A stretch of DNA of 62,511 bases, counting the filler, from Jimgerdemannia flammicorona (lineage: Eukaryota): NCBI GenBank assembly GCA_003990765.1. It is 2 parts of 2 records of this genome, joined end to end, with 100 filler letters (N's around TTAATTAATTAA, not from the genome) between each part and the next. Parts side by side here need not be neighbours in the genome. Positions count along the whole stretch, not along the records: positions 31,316 to 62,511 come from RBNJ01000409.1; 1 more part is not named here. The stretch is one strand, 5' to 3'. Both the position numbers and the translations under genes were made by a program. Below the pieces are notes generated by a model that had not been told where the DNA came from, did not search any database, and saw nothing but the letters and a program-made list of their open reading frames with translations. How positions within the stretch are numbered: the first letter of the stretch is position 1; each line of letters begins with the position of its first letter. Of this stretch, positions 57,301 to 62,511 are shown piece by piece.

Positions 57301-60111
57301 GACAAGGAAAGGAGAGTTGAAAGGGGTTTTCAGTGGCAATTGAAGTTATTGGAGGATGGCTCACTGGCAGAAGAGAAGAAGTGTCAACTCACTAGAGAGG
57401 TAGTCAACTTATAGGCAACTTTGAGGGAGGCTGAGAATAGAGTTGTGGATGGGCTCCTGGCATGCCTAAGGGCTAGATGACTGGAAGAGGGTGAACAGCT
57501 GACTAAGTACTTATCTGGTGTCTTGAAGGCAAGAAATGTTTGACACAGCTGGTCATCAGTTTTGCAAGAAGATGGTGTTGAGGTTACCAGTATAGCAGAT
57601 ATATTGGAGGAGATTTCAGGACAATAGTAGACCCTCTGGAGTAATGATAATATGGGAGGGGGTGCTGGAGTAGAGGATGTTGCAGAGGCACCTCTTGTAC
57701 ATAACTGGCCAGTAGTGCCACTACCAGAGATAGGAGCCTCAGTATTAGGCAGAGTGTCTTTGGAGGAAGTATTGGAGGTTCTGCAGAAGGCACCGAGTAG
57801 TTCATCACCAGGAGAGGATGGACTCTCTTGGGAGTTTTGGAAGGAGTTTCAGGTGGAAATTGGGGCTTGGCTTATTGAAATAGTTAATTTTGTGCTAGAA
57901 GAAGGACAGTAGATTGGGAATAGAAGCTTAGGTCTGGTGTCTTTGCTGTATAAGGAGAAAGGTGATAGGAGAGAGTGGTATAACTGGTGACTGATCATGC
58001 TGTTGAATGTGGACAGGAAGCTAGTTTCCAAAATCTTGCCTGGGAGATTGCAGCAGTAGATTGGAAGACTGGTAGGGGAGGAGCAGAGGGGCTTTGTGAA
58101 GGGTCGGCAGATTAGAGACAGTACTGCCTGAGTGCAAAATGTTTTGAAAGGCTGTAGGAGTTGGCAGGTTGATGGGAGGATGGTCTTCTTGGATCAAAAG
58201 AAGGCTTATGATAGAGTGTAGTGGCATTACCTAGAGGCAATACTCTAGAAAGTAGGATTTGATCTTGGAGAGGTTGGAAGGTTGATAGGGCTGGTGTGAG
58301 GCTGTCAAGCAGCAGTGCTGATGAATGGCTGGAGCAGTCCAGAGTTTGCCTTAGGAAGAGGGGTTCTACAAGGAGACCCTCTTTCTCCACTCCTTTACAT
58401 CCTTTTGCTAGAACCAGTGCTATCTGGCTGAGAGGATAGCTGAATGGATTGTATATAGGTGAGATAGTATGGAAGCTAGGGGCCTTTGCAGATGACATGG
58501 TGGTGGGGCTCAGCAGTGTAGTGGATGTAGACATTTTAAGAGACAGAATAGAACAGTATGAGGAGTTAGTAGGTACAAAGTTGAATTGGAGAAAGTGTGA
58601 AATCTTAGAGCTTAGTTCAGGTTTAGGGGTAGTGGGGTTTAGACGAATGGTGCCTAAGGGGGAGGCAGTATGGTACTTAGAGATATGGTTTTCAGTATTT
58701 GGGACCATTTTGTTGAGGGAGTGGTAGAGTTTTATAGTACAAAAATGGGAAGGTATGCTGATGGGCTAGGCTGGTCAAAACTTTTCTCTGGCAGGAAGGG
58801 TGGTGGTCCTGAATGTATACTGGCTGCTGAAGCTGTAGTACCTAGGCTATCACCTAGACTTCCCTGAATAGGTAGTGTGGCATCTCAAAAAGGCTATTGA
58901 AGGGTGGCTCTGGAGGGGTAGATAGCCACAGATTGGATGGGAAGTATTGGTGCTACCAATTACTGATGGTGGTTTGGGGTTGGTGGACTTTTGGTGAAGG
59001 TTGAAGGCACTTAGGGGCTGATGGAGTTGCTGACTAGTAGAGTTAGGGGAAGAAAGCTGGGACAGATTAGTGATGAATAATTGGGAGATCAGATTCTGCC
59101 CCCAGAGTGTGGAGAGGAAGGATTTGTGAGGGCTGCTTCAGGTTGGATCAGTAGGGAGGATGAGGTTCAAAGGGTTCTGGTGAGGTATCATTGAGGCCTG
59201 GCTTATAATAGGCCTAACAGGGCTGGAGGTAGAGGCGATAGAGAAGGGAGTGGACCCTGAGCAGTAGTGGTGGCAACTTGGACTACTAAGAATAGGAGGG
59301 AAGGAGCCAAAGGACTATTCTCTGGTTGAGGCAATGGAATGGACCAGATCAGGCCCTCTTGAGCAGTGGCCAGTAGAATGGCAGATAGCTGGTATTGGTG
59401 AGATGTGGGAATGGAGTAGAATTTGGAGTTGGGTGGCCACTTTGAATAAGGTGGTGCCTCCTCAATATTGGGTAGTTTGGTAGAGATTCCTGAGAAAAAA
59501 TGTTATGTTGAACTATCAGACAGGATGGATGGTGGTCAATGGATGCAGGAATTGTAAATGGTGTACTGAGATCTCTAGAGAAGTGGTTCAGACCCCAGAG
59601 CATATCATAGAGGTCTGTCCAGAGGTAGAGAGTTATTGGCAGATACTGGAGAAACATTGGGGTTCTAATCAAAGGAGGCTGGGAGAGTCTGTCAGTGTCA
59701 TCACCCAGAGGAGACTAGTGGGGGATTTTGGAAACATTTGGAGAGGTGTTGGGAGGATTTTGGGAGTATGGGTCTTAATGGTGGCACACTGGCAATGGGT
59801 CTTTGAAGGTGAAGATTGGATGAGAATTGGGGACCTAGTAGAGTGATAGCATTGGCTAGTATGGGAAGTAGTACAGGATTGGTGATACCAGGGGAGGCAG
59901 CAGGAGTTGGGGGCAGTAAAGAAGGTATAAGACATTGTAGTGGGGAGTCAGGGTCATTTGATACTAGGTGAGGGTGGGGTGCAGTAGAAAATTGAGGTAG
60001 GTTGATAGGACCTATTAGATATTTTGCCCAGATAGTAGGGGATAGGCAGTTGGTGGGATAACTTTGTGGTTTAATTCATATAGACTAGTGGAATAAAGGA
60101 GTCCAAGTGAC

Positions 60112-60142
<31 letters not shown>
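54357..60142 (+). mobile_element. Full-length LINE (L1/Tx1-like), mutated
   Basis: 16-bp TSD GATAAAATCTCTAGTA (54341-54356 and 60143-60158), 5' UTR, ORF1 relic (~54540-56329), ORF2 and poly(A). Confidence 0.94.
56379..60010 (+). pseudogene. LINE ORF2 (APE, RT, Cys/His motif)
   Basis: MMKYNLRILSININGL, GSVYLP, GGDFN, SDH; SPGEDG, FLDQKKAYD, RGVLQGDPLSP, AFADD at ~58482; CRNCKWC...PEHIIEVC. The end is approximate. Confidence 0.88.
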
Positions 60143-60158
60143 GATAAAATCTCTAGTA

Positions 60159-61980
60159 ATGAGAGATTCTTTAAGAAAAATAAGCAAAAGTACTCTAATA
60201 TTTACTAAGAAACTTATTCTGATTTAGGAAGTTATTGAGATATATCAGTAAGCTCTAAATAGTGGTAATATATAGATCATATAAGCTATATCAAAGTATA
60301 CAAATATATATATATTATAATATCTTTCAATAAGCCAAATATATAATAAAGCTATAACTAGCTCTGATAGCAAAAAATAGAAATAAGCCATAGATAAAGA
60401 ATACATTTTGCTCATTTAGAATAATATATAAAATTTACTATCTCTTCTATCAAATTACTAAATGATTAAATCAAAGTAGGTCTATAAAATCAAATATAAG
60501 AGTAATGGAAGTATATAGTAATATAAAGCTCATTTTATTACTAAGAGTTATTTATAAGATTATGATATAGACTATAATGAGATATTTTTATTTATATTTA
60601 AGCTTACTTTATTTAGGATACTCTTTATAATCAGTACAATATAGAATCTCAAATCCTTCAAATAGTATTTCTAAATAGTAATATAGATACTAAACTATAT
60701 ATCTATCAACTATAAAAATATAAAAATGATAAGCTTATATACAAATTATATAAGAAACTATATAGCATCAAACAAACAGCATAATTATAGAATAAAAAGA
60801 TTAATAAATATCTTCTTGATGATAGATTCATATATTGTAAAGCAGATAATTATATATATATCTAGTATTATAATAATAGAAGTATAATATTTATTGATAT
60901 TTAGATTAATACTATTATCATTATTATTAGAAAAAACTAGCTTAACAGAGTTTAAATGAGTTTTATACTAAGAGTTCAAGATAATAGATATAAATGATAT
61001 ATATATTCTTTTTTTTGAGAATATTTATTATATAATAGAAATATATACCATATATCTCTTATAAGTAATATATACTTAAACAATTCTTAAATATTTTAAT
61101 ATAAGTAAATACAAGTCTATTGGTACTTTTATAGATACTTTCATAAAGTTAAGGAAGCCAGATACTATACCTAAGAATGATGATAATATACTTGCCAAAA
61201 ATATTCTCTATTAGTAAACAGTTAGTTCTCTTATATATTTCATACTAGAAATAAGATCTGATATATTATATACTATAAATAAATTGGTACAGTATTTCTC
61301 TTACTATGATAATTTACATTGGAGTATTGTTAAAAGAATTTTCAAATATCTTAAAAGTATGATATACTATATACTTATCCTTAGTAAATTAAGTAGAAGC
61401 AATAATAACAATAATAATATCATATAGCTATCTGGTGTATATAATGCTAATTAAGTAGATAATCTTGACAACTGTCAATTTATAATCAGATATCTCTTTA
61501 TATTAGCAAAAATAGTAAAAAGTCTATTATTTTATAGTAAATATACAAGTAATTATCTGTGGTAATATTATCAATATAGATGAAGTATCAGATATTATTA
61601 AGTATGACAAAGGAAGCCATTTGGCTTTATAAGACTCAGATTCAATCAGAAACAATTATATTATATTAAGATAACTAGTCTATAATTATACTTATTAAGA
61701 ATTTAGTATATTATAGTAAAATAAAATATATCAATATATAGTATTATTTTATATATAAATATATAGAAAACAATACTATATATTTAAAATATATCTCTAT
61801 AGAATATATAATTACTAATTTACTTATAAAACCTCTTTTAAAGCTAAAGTTTAAGTAATATATTAAAGGAGGAATGGGTCTTATAAATAGTATATTAGTA
61901 TTTAGATAATTTTGGAATATTTTTCAGACTATTAAAAGTTATTTATATTATATTTACATATCTCATTAAGCAGGAGTATT
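60159..61980 (+). mobile_element. Heavily decayed Ty1/copia RT-RNase H relic
   Basis: About 60520-60590 reads YKAHFITKSYL*DYDIDYNEIF (= YKARLVAKG..Q..GIDY.ETF). About 61718-61840 reads KIKYINI*YYFI...ITNLLIKPL (= KTKHIDIRYHFI...ADLLTKPL). Confidence 0.75.
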
Positions 61981-62511
61981 AAGATAGTAACTTGATATAT
62001 ATATTTATATATAACCTATACTATTCTATTAGTTTTATATTATTCTTTAGTAATATATACAATATATAAACTATGCAAGCTTCAATAAAATATCTCTTCT
62101 TATAATAATAGTTTTTATCAAACTTAGATTTAGATTTTTAATCTTATTAATACTTCTTACTTTATTTATATAATCTGTAAAATACTTTTTTGTTATTATT
62201 ATTACTATTATCTCCTTGTTCATAAGACTTATTATTATGTAAACATAGTTTGCAAGCTTATTACTTTTATCTAAAATCAAAAAATAGATATTTGATTAAT
62301 ACTTAATTTTAATACTCAAATATAATATAATATTATAGTTAATAGTTATTTAATTTTATATTATAAGAAAATTTGATAATTGTAAAAATCTTATAATTAT
62401 AAAATAACTTATAGAAAAAGAAGTTATAATTTAGTTACTATAACCAGCAAACTTATATATATAAATAATATAATATTTAAAATAAATAAAACTTTGAGCA
62501 AAATAGTTAAA

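Overview
Eukaryotic, almost certainly fungal, genomic DNA. An early-diverging lineage such as Mucoromycota/Endogonales is inferred from intron style, a FIGNL1-like gene and the repeat landscape; this is not proven. The window has three parts. (1) 1-~15150 is a nested transposon block dominated by Ty3/gypsy chromovirus 'A' (1578-13986). It has 2.03-kb LTRs, a gag-dUTPase-PR-RT-RH-IN-chromodomain frame, and a solo LTR of its own family inserted in gag. (2) ~15150-31215 is a CpG-rich gene island: an F-box/ankyrin-like gene, a She3-like coiled-coil gene, a MIR-domain gene, CDC50/LEM3, COX10, an NADP-dependent MDR oxidoreductase, and a FIGNL1-like AAA ATPase cut by an artificial N44-TTAATTAATTAA-N44 linker. 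(3) 31316-62511 is a second transposon block with two L1/Tx1-like LINEs, Ty3/gypsy 'B' (39256-52235; 2.55-kb LTRs) and decayed gypsy/copia relics. The repeats are heavily C->T/G->A mutated. The strongest candidate for an undescribed system is that two unrelated gypsy families share a 'complex-retrovirus-like' design. Each has a ~350-365-aa sense ORF inside the U3 of its LTR, a dUTPase, and a CxH...DDCxxC motif in the polyprotein. Each also carries a putative ubiquitin-ligase-recruiting module: PPxY motifs in the A LTR protein, and an F-box-like motif among Cys-rich fingers in the B polyprotein. A full-length LINE additionally shows 5'/3' terminal complementarity.
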